Below are positions 17,716-26,933 of a DNA stretch of 64,000 nucleotides, piece by piece. This DNA comes from a virus. The notes beneath the pieces were generated by a model. It did not search any database, was not told the origin of the DNA, and saw only the letters and a program-made list of their open reading frames with translations. The translations under genes and the position numbers were made by a program. How positions within the stretch are numbered: position 1 is the first letter of the stretch; every line of letters begins with the position of its first letter. Location: the IMG/VR virus record IMGVR_UViG_3300025687_000029, positions 31,667 through 95,666 of that record; one strand, given 5' to 3'.

Positions 17716-18734
17716 TGTTTGAAATAAAACCAAAATTAACTAAAGAGAATATTCTAAATAGAGTGAGAGACAGTGAAATATTTAATTTCTACTGTCCTCA
17801 CTTCAACAAGGGATTTTTCCCTGGAGAATTTAGAATAGGTGAATCAGATAATCATCCATCTGCTAATATCTTCTTAGGAAGAGATGGTAGATGGAGATAT
17901 TCTGATTTTGGTGAAGCAGGGACTTATGACTGCTTTGCTTATGTACAACGAAAGTTTAATTTAGGTTTTAAAGAAGCATTGGATAAGATTAATATGGATA
18001 TGAATTTAGGATTAGGAGGGTTAAATAATAACTCTCCTTCTTCTTACTCTAATTTTCATCCAATTAAGCCTAAGTTATCAACATCAACTACTTCACTATC
18101 TGAAACAATTATTAAAGTTAAAAAGAGACAATACGAATCAAGAGATAAAGACTACTGGTATGGTAAATATTATATACCTCAGAAACTATTTGAATATCAT
18201 AATAATTTTGCTATAAAGACATATTGGATATTCAACAATAAAGAGACTTATCCTATAAGTCCTAAAGATATTACTTATACTCAGAATTATTATAAAGACT
18301 CTACAGGAATATATAGAAGGAAAATATACAGACCTCTCAGTGACTACAAATGGACAAGTAATATTACAGGTTTAGTAGTACAGGGGATAAAACATTTACC
18401 TAAATATGGAGATATTCTTATAATAACAAAGAGCATGAAAGACCTACTAGTATTAAAAGTTCTTGATTTTAAAGCAGTTATAGCAACTAATAATGAAACC
18501 AGTTGGATACCTGATAAAGTTAGATTAGATCTAGAATCCAGATTTAAAAATATATTTATAAACTTTGATAATGATGCTACAGGATTAGAAATGGGTAATT
18601 ATATAGCAAGTCAGTATGGATATACTCCAATATTTACTGAAGATTATGATTATAAAGATCCTTCTGATATGATAGAGAAGTACGGAATTAAATATTGTAA
18701 GGAATTTTTTGAAGAACTTATTTATGCAGAATAA
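17715..18734 (+). CDS. DNA primase (crAss-type DnaG/TOPRIM)
   Basis: D.HPS, DFG, KIYRP, LIITKSMKD, FDND, KDPSD. Confidence 0.88.
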   Translation: MFEIKPKLTKENILNRVRDSEIFNFYCPHFNKGFFPGEFRIGESDNHPSANIFLGRDGRWRYSDFGEAGTYDCFAYVQRKFNLGFKEALDKINMDMNLGLGGLNNNSPSSYSNFHPIKPKLSTSTTSLSETIIKVKKRQYESRDKDYWYGKYYIPQKLFEYHNNFAIKTYWIFNNKETYPISPKDITYTQNYYKDSTGIYRRKIYRPLSDYKWTSNITGLVVQGIKHLPKYGDILIITKSMKDLLVLKVLDFKAVIATNNETSWIPDKVRLDLESRFKNIFINFDNDATGLEMGNYIASQYGYTPIFTEDYDYKDPSDMIEKYGIKYCKEFFEELIYAE

Positions 18735-18948
18735 AAAAGAAAAGAAACTAAGAGTCTTAGTTATAGCTAATGTAGCTGAGAAGACTAAACATGGTAGATA
18801 TAAAGTATCTACTGTATATGAGGCTGATACAGCTAAAGAAGCTATAGAGTTATTTAAAGAAGAATATACTCCAGTTGGAGAGATAAAAACAACTTTTTTA
18901 AAGAATGCTCATATTGATCACTATTTAAACTTTGAAGATAGATTATAA
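18724..18948 (+). CDS. hypothetical protein
   Basis: ATG 18724 in frame with track ORF 18709; TAATG coupling to the next gene. Confidence 0.65.
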   Translation: MQNKKEKKLRVLVIANVAEKTKHGRYKVSTVYEADTAKEAIELFKEEYTPVGEIKTTFLKNAHIDHYLNFEDRL

Positions 18949-19958
18949 TGTCAAATAAATCAACATTTAAAGTAGGACAGATAAAAGGTATCTTAGAAGG
19001 TATCTATAATAATCCTACACTTAGAAGAACTGTAGTTCCTTTATTTATGAGTAATGCTGGAATGGGTAAAACCCACATCATAGAGGAATTTATGAGAGAA
19101 AAGGGTGTTTGGCGACCACCTTTTGTATTATCACAGAGAATGCCATTTGAAGTATCTGGTATGGCTTTAGTAGATAGAGAATTAGATAAAATGAAATATT
19201 ATGACTTTGATTTTCTATTAGATTTAAAAGATGGAGATATACTATTTATTGATGAGGTATATAATGCTAATCCCACTACACTTAATGCATTTTTAACTTT
19301 CTTAGAAAGTAGAATTATGATTTCTGGTAAAAAGCTTCCAGATATTATGATTGTAGGTGCAGGTAATCCTCAAGGCCAAGGTACTTTAACTCCTCAAATT
19401 AAACGTAGATTCTTACAATATGATTTAGAATTTGATACTAATTCCTGGAAAGATTATATGTTTAAGAAATACGGATTAGTCAAATCTATTAGTAGTAAAT
19501 TATGTACTTTAATACAAGGAGAAGATTATACAGGATATAACTTTAATTCTCCTGCTGATATTGATAAAGCAGTAGAAATGGTTATCAATAATATTGATAC
19601 TCCTTATACTATAATAGTAGAGCCTATTCTTAATACTATTATCAAAAATCCTTTAGGTAAATCAATTAAAATAACTGAAGATAGAACTTTAGAAGCTGAA
19701 GAACAGATTTCTTGGTTAGAATTAATTAGATTAAATAAAGGTATTAGATTAGAAGAAGATAAGAAGGTAGAAAAATCCTTAAATGAGTATGAATATGTAA
19801 TTATGGATAAAGATGATAATGTTTTAGGGGAAATTAAGGACATTGAAACATTGAAAAATATGTATTATTTTACTGATGATCAGCTAAATAATCTGGAATT
19901 AGGTAAAAAAACCCCCTCCCGCCGGACCCCCTCCCTTATTTTTCAAAAAAATAATTAA
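18948..19958 (+). CDS. MoxR-like AAA+ ATPase
   Basis: SNAGMGKT Walker A, LFIDE Walker B, AGNP sensor I, KRRF Arg finger. Confidence 0.85.
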   Translation: MSNKSTFKVGQIKGILEGIYNNPTLRRTVVPLFMSNAGMGKTHIIEEFMREKGVWRPPFVLSQRMPFEVSGMALVDRELDKMKYYDFDFLLDLKDGDILFIDEVYNANPTTLNAFLTFLESRIMISGKKLPDIMIVGAGNPQGQGTLTPQIKRRFLQYDLEFDTNSWKDYMFKKYGLVKSISSKLCTLIQGEDYTGYNFNSPADIDKAVEMVINNIDTPYTIIVEPILNTIIKNPLGKSIKITEDRTLEAEEQISWLELIRLNKGIRLEEDKKVEKSLNEYEYVIMDKDDNVLGEIKDIETLKNMYYFTDDQLNNLELGKKTPSRRTPSLIFQKNN

Positions 19959-19963
19959 ATAAT

Positions 19964-20980
19964 ATGGAATTATTAACAAGTAGTAAATTTAAACTACCTT
20001 ATCTGTTTTTTATTACAGATAGAGAAGAGATAAAAGAATTACCCCTAGGTGTTCCTTTTATTTATGGAGATGAAAGTATTAAATCTGATATTATTAGAAT
20101 TTTAGAATATGAAATTTTATATCAGAAAGCTATTTCAACAGGATTACCTTTTGATTTTAGACAAATTCTATTAGATGAGGGTTATACTGGACTTCAAGAT
20201 TGTCATTATGAATTGCCTGCTTATATGGACTGTATTTCAGATGATAATATAGATGAAGATATTTTAGGAGATGATTATGATTTAGGTAAATCTATTAAAG
20301 AAGATCCTACATTATTTAATACTTTTATTAGAGATTCTGCTGTATATGTGAATATACAAAAGATAAAAGAACTTAATGTATTTCCTCTATGGTTTGATAA
20401 ATTAGAAAATGCTATTGAAACGAATATACATAATTTTGCTGTATTCAATGATTATATGTATAATAAGAAATTAGATGGTATGTATGGAGGAGTAGAATTA
20501 TCTTCTCCTAATAGAAATCTAATTATTATTGATATTTCCGGGAGTATTCCAAAAGCTGTATCTTCAACATGTTTAACCCTATCTAAATCTCTAGCTGAGA
20601 CTTTCTATGCTGATTTATTGATTACTGGAACCATATCTACATTATATCCTTATGAAAATCTTCATGAATTGAATGTTCAAACTATTTATAATGAAAATGG
20701 TATGGATAATGATCAGATTTATTTTAAAAAGTTAGTTACAAGTGAAAAAAGAACATATAAAACTTGCATAGCTTTTGGAGATAATCACCACCCAGGATCT
20801 AATTATTGGAAAAATGCTGTAAGTATTAGTGATGAAGATGGTAAAAAGATGTGTTTATGGGAAATAGATAAGTTAATATCTTTTCATACTGAAGGTACAA
20901 AGCATATAGCAGGATATGCAAGATGGTTTGATCCTAAAGAAATTGAAAAGATAGATAATTGGTGTAAATATTTAAAATAA
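19964..20980 (+). CDS. vWA (MIDAS) domain protein, MoxR partner
   Basis: LIIIDISGSI DxSxS motif, later FGD; adjacent to MoxR ATPase. Confidence 0.75.
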   Translation: MELLTSSKFKLPYLFFITDREEIKELPLGVPFIYGDESIKSDIIRILEYEILYQKAISTGLPFDFRQILLDEGYTGLQDCHYELPAYMDCISDDNIDEDILGDDYDLGKSIKEDPTLFNTFIRDSAVYVNIQKIKELNVFPLWFDKLENAIETNIHNFAVFNDYMYNKKLDGMYGGVELSSPNRNLIIIDISGSIPKAVSSTCLTLSKSLAETFYADLLITGTISTLYPYENLHELNVQTIYNENGMDNDQIYFKKLVTSEKRTYKTCIAFGDNHHPGSNYWKNAVSISDEDGKKMCLWEIDKLISFHTEGTKHIAGYARWFDPKEIEKIDNWCKYLK

Positions 20981-21008
20981 TTTAATAAACAATTTAAAAA
21001 AAAGTAAA

Positions 21009-21500
21009 ATGAGTAAATTTTTAGAAAGTAAAGAAGTATTTGTAGTAAAAGGTTATTTATCAAGCAGTAAAGATAAAGTACAACCTATTTATAATGAGGA
21101 ATTTATTAAAGCACAACAAGATGCTGAGTTTATAATTACTTTTGCAAAAAAAGCTAAAGGTAAAGATTTTACGGGTAAAGAAGCTGACTCAATTACTGAT
21201 ATGTTAGCAGAAACTGCTTTAGAATTGTCACAAAAAGATACAAAATATCTAGCAGCTCCTAAAAAAGTAGGTAAGAAACTATCTGAGCAATTAAAAGAAG
21301 AAGCTTTAGCATTTGTTAAGTATAAAGAAGAATCTTCTAAAGTTGATAAAGTAAATGATTATCTTCAAAGATATAATGTAGTTAATGAATTTGAAGAGAT
21401 TGGCTTATTCTTTGAAGATGGTATCTGTAAACTTAATAAGATCTACACTATGAAGGAGATTGTAGATGCTGCTAAAATCTTTATTGAGATTACTGATTAA
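21009..21500 (+). CDS. hypothetical protein
   Basis: 163 aa helical protein with long A-rich leader and downstream terminator. Confidence 0.8.
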   Translation: MSKFLESKEVFVVKGYLSSSKDKVQPIYNEEFIKAQQDAEFIITFAKKAKGKDFTGKEADSITDMLAETALELSQKDTKYLAAPKKVGKKLSEQLKEEALAFVKYKEESSKVDKVNDYLQRYNVVNEFEEIGLFFEDGICKLNKIYTMKEIVDAAKIFIEITD

Positions 21501-21521
21501 TTAATTACTAATTATTAATTT

Positions 21522-21554
21522 AAAGCCTGGATATTAATTTATTCAGGCTTTTTT
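21522..21554 (+). terminator. Rho-independent terminator
   Basis: AAAGCCTGGAT...ATTCAGGCTTT-TTT. Confidence 0.8.
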
Positions 21555-21564
21555 ATTTAAAACT

Positions 21565-22320
21565 ATGAAAGAACATATAGATTACATAATTGAATATTTA
21601 AAGAAACAACCTTTTGTAGATGGCTGTATTACAGGAAGTTGTATGTTAGATGAATATTGGGATGGGATGGATGTAGATTTATTTTTGTATTCAGAAAAAT
21701 CTTTCCAAGCTATTCTTTGGAATTTATACTACAATGAAGATTTTTTAATCTTAGATAAAGCAGAACAATGGAAATTTGAACAGTATGTTACAAAAGATAA
21801 TGGTAAATCTCCTTTTGGAGTTACTAGCTTGAAATTTGTCTATAATACCTGTATTCCTGTAAATATCATATATAAGAGATATTGTAGCAGTATATTTGAT
21901 ATACTTGCTACATTTGATATGAATATTATAGCTAAAGGATATGATATTAAAACTGGACAAATTTTAGATTTATCAGGAGATTCCTTTAAAACTAAAATAG
22001 CTAATCCAAACTCTTGGAATTCTAATTATTATGATCCATCTCTTTGGCAAATTTCCAGAGTATTAAGGCAATTGGAGAGATGTATTAAATATTATAAAAG
22101 AGGATACAATACAGATGCAGTAGTTCTAAAATATATAGAACTTATTGATATTATCCAAAACTATCAGAATATATTTGATTCTCCTACTTTTAATGAAAAA
22201 CTTAAAATAAGAAAAGCTAATACTAAACTTATTAAGCAAATACTAATAGTATGGCTTAATACCCATGAGATTACAGATAAAGAAATTGAATTAATGAAAA
22301 CTAAAATAAAAGAAATATAA
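21565..22320 (+). CDS. Pol-beta superfamily nucleotidyltransferase (tRNA-NTase/poly(A) polymerase head-like)
   Basis: ITGS...DVDLF signature, FD motif (TFDMNII), R.IKYYKRGY. Confidence 0.75.
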   Translation: MKEHIDYIIEYLKKQPFVDGCITGSCMLDEYWDGMDVDLFLYSEKSFQAILWNLYYNEDFLILDKAEQWKFEQYVTKDNGKSPFGVTSLKFVYNTCIPVNIIYKRYCSSIFDILATFDMNIIAKGYDIKTGQILDLSGDSFKTKIANPNSWNSNYYDPSLWQISRVLRQLERCIKYYKRGYNTDAVVLKYIELIDIIQNYQNIFDSPTFNEKLKIRKANTKLIKQILIVWLNTHEITDKEIELMKTKIKEI

Positions 22321-22322
22321 TT

Positions 22323-22481
22323 ATGGCAAGTATAGAAGAATTACTTAATGCTTTACAAAATCCTGAAGGATTAGAAAATACTTTAGAAAACTGGTCTAAA
22401 GTAGCTAGAAAAGAATTAGAACCTTCTGAAATAGAAGAATTTTTAGCAGAACATGGTGATGATTATGAAGATGCACTTTAA
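22323..22481 (+). CDS. small acidic protein (52 aa, not in ORF track)
   Basis: MASIEELLNALQNPEGLENTLENWSKVARKELEPSEIEEFLAEHGDDYEDAL*. Confidence 0.7.
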   Translation: MASIEELLNALQNPEGLENTLENWSKVARKELEPSEIEEFLAEHGDDYEDAL

Positions 22482-22492
22482 AACTAAAAGAT

Positions 22493-22771
22493 ATGAATAA
22501 AATACAACAATTTATAGTAGATAATGATCTTGATTTAGATGATTTAGGTAGTGGTTTAAACGGTGTATGTTTAGCTATTGCAGGATATGCTTGTTATTTA
22601 GAATATGATAATATTGATGATCTTTTAGAGGATATTTGGAAAGATGAGTTTAATGATGGAACTACCTCAGAGTTTGATTCTGAACTAGAAAGAGTATTTG
22701 ATTATGCTTATGAAAATGGATATGAGGATTGGTGGAGTAAACCTGAAGCTAAGAAAATTTATAAGTTTTAG
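22493..22771 (+). CDS. acidic helical protein, PriCT-like
   Basis: GSGLN..CLAIAGYA...ELERVFDYAY resembles primase C-terminal PriCT domains; directly upstream of Prim-Pol. Confidence 0.5.
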   Translation: MNKIQQFIVDNDLDLDDLGSGLNGVCLAIAGYACYLEYDNIDDLLEDIWKDEFNDGTTSEFDSELERVFDYAYENGYEDWWSKPEAKKIYKF

Positions 22772-22774
22772 ATT

Positions 22775-23215
22775 ATGAGAACATTTCTGGTAAGTAAAGA
22801 AAACAAAAGACCTCTTGTTAAATGGGGATCTATACCAGATAATACATTCTATAAAGGAGTTGTACCTAGCAATTATAAGCTAGGTATTTCTCCTACTCCA
22901 GGATATGTTATTGTTGATATAGATAGACATGGTAAAAAGAATGGTTTTGAGCATATTCCTCAACATATTTATTATGAATTAATGACCACTTTTAATTATG
23001 CAACTAAAAATAAAGGTCGTCATTGCTGGTTTAAATATACAGGAAATAAGCCTTTAGGTAATAAAACAAGTAAATATTCTATCGACCTTAGAAATGAACG
23101 AGGGTATGTTGCATATTGGGGAAAAGAACCTATTGAAAATATTACTAAATTAACTAAAGAATCTTCTCCTGAAATGAATAAATGGTTAGAAGAGTTATTT
23201 AGTTATAAAGATTAA
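22775..23215 (+). CDS. stand-alone bifunctional primase-polymerase (Prim-Pol, AEP) domain
   Basis: KRPLVKW, VIVDID, TKNKGRHCWF, IDLR...GYV. Confidence 0.8.
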   Translation: MRTFLVSKENKRPLVKWGSIPDNTFYKGVVPSNYKLGISPTPGYVIVDIDRHGKKNGFEHIPQHIYYELMTTFNYATKNKGRHCWFKYTGNKPLGNKTSKYSIDLRNERGYVAYWGKEPIENITKLTKESSPEMNKWLEELFSYKD

Positions 23216-23218
23216 AAA

Positions 23219-23506
23219 ATGAAAAAACCTGAAGAATATGTAGATTACTTCCAAGGAACTTATATGAGTTCTTGTGGAATAACTGAAGAAGCTAGAAGAG
23301 ATTTAGAAACTGTATTTAAACAAGCCCAAAAAGATACCATAGAATATGCTTTAAATGAAGCTGCTGAGAATGCTGAGATTGGCTATGATTGGGAAACTAA
23401 AGAAGCCCCTAATTGTATGGAATGTGGTAATACAGGTGTTAATAAAAACTCAATCCTATCACTAAAAGATAAATTATTTAAGGAGGTTGATGATGAGTCA
23501 TACTGA
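23219..23506 (+). CDS. hypothetical protein
   Basis: 95 aa; AL.EAAENA...CMECG...VNKNSIL. Confidence 0.7.
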   Translation: MKKPEEYVDYFQGTYMSSCGITEEARRDLETVFKQAQKDTIEYALNEAAENAEIGYDWETKEAPNCMECGNTGVNKNSILSLKDKLFKEVDDESY

Positions 23507-23783
23507 AAAACAAAAATTACAGAAAGCAAGAGCTTGGTTTAAGTTTCAATTATCAGGTTTACATTTAAAAATTAAGTCAACTCATCTTACCAAGTATGAG
23601 AGGGCTATGTTAGCACAGTTATGTGTATATAGAAATATTTTATTAAATGATTTTGATTCTAATTCTAAAAAATTAGGCTTAAATGTACCAAAACATAGAT
23701 GTTGGTGTGGTAGAGAAGGTAAATATGAAGCTGAATATAAACATGATGGATTAGTTTGTTATAAACATAGAAAAAATGAGTAA
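23487..23783 (+). CDS. hypothetical protein with C-terminal Cys/His motif
   Basis: CWCG...CYKH. Confidence 0.65.
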   Translation: MMMSHTEKQKLQKARAWFKFQLSGLHLKIKSTHLTKYERAMLAQLCVYRNILLNDFDSNSKKLGLNVPKHRCWCGREGKYEAEYKHDGLVCYKHRKNE

Positions 23784-24564
23784 AATACTATTAATTGATG
23801 GTGATTTTATTCTTTGGAAAACTGTACCTATATCTGCTTTAAGTGAGACAGAGAAAATGTATGGGGTTTCTAATGAAAAATCACTAGAAGACATTCAAGA
23901 ACATATAGATTGGTATCTTGAAAATAAAATATTTATACCCACAGGTTGTAAAGATTATCTTGCTTTTTTAGGAGGTAAAGGTAATTTTAGGAAAGAGATA
24001 AATACTGGATACAAAGAGAATAGGAAAGATATAGAATACCCTGATTATTTTTCTGAAGCTAAACAATATCTTATAGATAAATATGATTTTCATCCCATAG
24101 ATAATATAGAAGCTGAAGATGCTATAGGTATCTGCATTGATTACTTTCCTAATAATATAATTGTTAGGGAGGATCATGATTTAAACCAACTACCTGGAGT
24201 TCATTATAATCCGACTAAAGAAAAATTTAAAGAAATCTCTTTTAAAGATGCTCAGTATTATAAATACTACCAGTGTTTAACAGGATGTACTTCTGATAAA
24301 GTAGTCGGTATAAAAGGTATTGGAGACGCTAAAGCTAAAAAACTATTAGCTGGAATATCTACAGACTATCTGTTATTTAAAGTTATTGAGGAGTATTATA
24401 AGAAGTATAAACACGAAGGTCTTCAAAAGTTTGAAGAAAACTATAAGTTACTTCATATTTTAAGAACTCTTGATAATTTAAAAGATGCAGGATTGGAAAA
24501 GATAATTGAAGACAAATTACAATTTATTAATAAACAGTCAGAAGACTTAAATTTTGATTTATGA
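23776..24564 (+). CDS. 5'-3' exonuclease (T7 gp6/FEN-like)
   Basis: LLIDGD, FR...YK.NR, EAED, DHDL.Q.PG, SD...GIKGIG H3TH motif. Confidence 0.9.
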   Translation: MSKILLIDGDFILWKTVPISALSETEKMYGVSNEKSLEDIQEHIDWYLENKIFIPTGCKDYLAFLGGKGNFRKEINTGYKENRKDIEYPDYFSEAKQYLIDKYDFHPIDNIEAEDAIGICIDYFPNNIIVREDHDLNQLPGVHYNPTKEKFKEISFKDAQYYKYYQCLTGCTSDKVVGIKGIGDAKAKKLLAGISTDYLLFKVIEEYYKKYKHEGLQKFEENYKLLHILRTLDNLKDAGLEKIIEDKLQFINKQSEDLNFDL

Positions 24565-25337
24565 TAGGAGAAACTATTGAGTATTTAAATCCTGAAAAAA
24601 CCCGGTATATTAAATATACTATGGAGAATGCTATTAAGATTGTATTATCTGGTAGATATACTGTTAATATTGAAGACTTTGATAAAAATAATAATATTAA
24701 GGAGCTTGTTTTGGATGATTTAGTGTTTGAAAATGGTCAGACTATAGAAGTAAAAATCAATGATATTACTTACAATCTACGTATTATAACTATCAAAAAA
24801 AATAAAAATAAATATGAATTATTATTAGAAAACAGAAATAAATCTTCTATATTTGTAGTTCCGTCTCTGGGATATGACAGTACATATTTCAGCTATGACA
24901 AGCTGTTTGTTAATTCATTTCTAGCAAGAAAAGAATTAAAAGAAGAAGTGAGTGAAGTATATTTAGTATATAGATCTACTAAAGCAAATGATTATATTCA
25001 ATTAGATGAAAAATTAAGAAAACATCCTAATTATGTAGATAGTTATGACTTTGGTAATACTGATATATTACTAAGATTTGATATTCCTGAGAAGTATATT
25101 CCAGAAGTAAAGAAATTTGTAGAAGGTAGTTATTCTATGTTCTCAAAGGACTTTAAAATAAGAATCTTAAACTTCTTCAATGGAAGTAGGACTTTAATTG
25201 AAAATCTAAAGATGATATTTAATAAGGATAAACAGTATATAAAGAATAAATATCCTAAGTTAGATGATGAATCTCTAGAAGAAGTAGATGAAGTTTTCTC
25301 CAAAGTAAATATGGAAGATGAGAAAATAAATGTATAA
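24561..25337 (+). CDS. conserved hypothetical protein
   Basis: 258 aa; F.IPE...F.EG.YS.FS motif. Confidence 0.75.
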   Translation: MIGETIEYLNPEKTRYIKYTMENAIKIVLSGRYTVNIEDFDKNNNIKELVLDDLVFENGQTIEVKINDITYNLRIITIKKNKNKYELLLENRNKSSIFVVPSLGYDSTYFSYDKLFVNSFLARKELKEEVSEVYLVYRSTKANDYIQLDEKLRKHPNYVDSYDFGNTDILLRFDIPEKYIPEVKKFVEGSYSMFSKDFKIRILNFFNGSRTLIENLKMIFNKDKQYIKNKYPKLDDESLEEVDEVFSKVNMEDEKINV

Positions 25338-25340
25338 ATT

Positions 25341-26039
25341 ATGTATGAATTATTAGGAAAAGAATGGTATGATGATAAATTTCAAAAGTTAATAAATAGT
25401 GATTATGGAAGATGGTTGGAAAAATTCTTAGTTCATGAATGGGCTAAGAAAACCATTATTCCAAGTAAAGAAGATACTAACCTATTCAGATGCTTTAGGG
25501 AAACTCCTTATAGTAAAGTCAGTGTAGTTATAATAGGAGAATCTCCTTACCCAACATATGTAGTTGAACCTGAAGTTCCTACTTATGATGGATTGGCTTT
25601 TAGTAATGGTAATTCTTTTAAAATATCTCCTTCACTAAGGAATATATTTAAAGAATTAGAGAGATCCTATCAATTACCTCAATCTATGCAGGATTGGGAT
25701 CTAACCAGATGGGCTAAACAAGGAGTATTCTTAATTAATGCTGCTCAAACAGTAATTAAAGGAAATCCTGCAAATAAAGTAGCAGAATACCAAAAAGTAT
25801 GGAATGGGTTTATGAGATATACAATATCAGTATTAAATACTAAAAATGATATTGTTTGGATGTTGTGGGGTAATAAAGCACAGAAGTTTGAAGAATATAT
25901 TAAAAATACTACTCATGCTATTATTAAAGATGGACATCCATCACCTCTCAACACAACAAATCCTTTTATAGGATCTGGTACTTTTTTAAAAGCTAATGAA
26001 GAACTTAAAGCAAGAAATAAACAAGAAATACAATGGTAA
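25341..26039 (+). CDS. ung: uracil-DNA glycosylase, family 1 (GESPY variant)
   Basis: VVIIGESPYP, GLAFS, PSLRNIFKEL, WAKQGVFLIN, MLWG, HPSPL. Confidence 0.88.
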   Translation: MYELLGKEWYDDKFQKLINSDYGRWLEKFLVHEWAKKTIIPSKEDTNLFRCFRETPYSKVSVVIIGESPYPTYVVEPEVPTYDGLAFSNGNSFKISPSLRNIFKELERSYQLPQSMQDWDLTRWAKQGVFLINAAQTVIKGNPANKVAEYQKVWNGFMRYTISVLNTKNDIVWMLWGNKAQKFEEYIKNTTHAIIKDGHPSPLNTTNPFIGSGTFLKANEELKARNKQEIQW

Positions 26040-26209
26040 AACACTTTGATAATTTTATTATAGAATTTGAATTTATAGTAGATAGATATGAAATTAAAGA
26101 TATTCTACCTAAACCTGGAAAACTTATGATAGATGTTCTAAAAGAATTAGAACTAATACTAGCCAGTGATATATTAGAAAATCTTAATAAAGCATCTAAA
26201 ATTAATTAA
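26033..26209 (+). CDS. small hypothetical protein (58 aa, not in ORF track)
   Basis: MVKHFDNFIIEFEFIVDRYEIKDILPKPG...; overlaps the ung stop. Confidence 0.5.
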   Translation: MVKHFDNFIIEFEFIVDRYEIKDILPKPGKLMIDVLKELELILASDILENLNKASKIN

Positions 26210-26214
26210 TAACC

Positions 26215-26293
26215 AAACCTGTAGTACGCAATTAATATGTATTTATAAATACTGTTAAATGATTTCTATTCCCGTAGAATGTACTACAGGTTT
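26215..26293. repeat. intergenic 13-bp perfect inverted repeat enclosing a 14-bp palindrome
   Basis: AAACCTGTAGTAC / GTACTACAGGTTT; GTATTTATAAATAC at 26239-26252. Confidence 0.85.
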
Positions 26294-26307
26294 TAACTTT
26301 TAAAAAA

Positions 26308-26751
26308 ATGTTAAAGAATTTTATTTTTGATACAACTTTTAAAGTATTTTCAATTGACAAAGAAATCTTATTTAATAAAAAAAGAGGATTGGCATGTATT
26401 ATTAAACAGTATTTATGTTACTGGTTAGATACTTATACTAAAATGTCTAATGATGATATAGCTGCAATTTTAGAGTATAATAATAGAGGATCTGTGTCAT
26501 ATAATATAAAAATAATAGCTGATAAAAAACAAAATAATCCTGGATTACTATATGATGAATTTTTTGTAATTGAGAGTGAAATACGACAACATATAGACCT
26601 AGATATAAAGATTTCTGATAAGCTTATGGGCCCATTGAAAGAAGATATTGAAATATTAAAAGCTATACTATTAGAAGTAGGTCCTAGAAAACGTTTAGGT
26701 GTAAAAAGATATGATAAAATAGTAGAAATCTGTAAAAAATATAAATCATGA
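26308..26751 (+). CDS. HTH protein, DnaA C-terminal-domain-like
   Basis: KQYLCYWL...MSNDDIAAILEYNNRGSVSYNIK. Confidence 0.55.
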   Translation: MLKNFIFDTTFKVFSIDKEILFNKKRGLACIIKQYLCYWLDTYTKMSNDDIAAILEYNNRGSVSYNIKIIADKKQNNPGLLYDEFFVIESEIRQHIDLDIKISDKLMGPLKEDIEILKAILLEVGPRKRLGVKRYDKIVEICKKYKS

Positions 26752-26933
26752 CTTATAAAGATATGACTTTCTGTAAAGCAAGTAAAGAATGTAAAAAAGG
26801 TAATAAGTGTGAAAGAGCTTACAATGAAGAACTTAAAGTACAAGCTACTATTTGGTGGGGAGGTCCAAATGCTCCAATAGCTGTTACTGATAAATTTGAT
26901 TGTTTTGAATTAAAAGAAGAAAAAGATGAATGA
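26748..26933 (+). CDS. small Cys-rich protein
   Basis: DMTFC...C....C.R motif. Confidence 0.7.
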   Translation: MTYKDMTFCKASKECKKGNKCERAYNEELKVQATIWWGGPNAPIAVTDKFDCFELKEEKDE

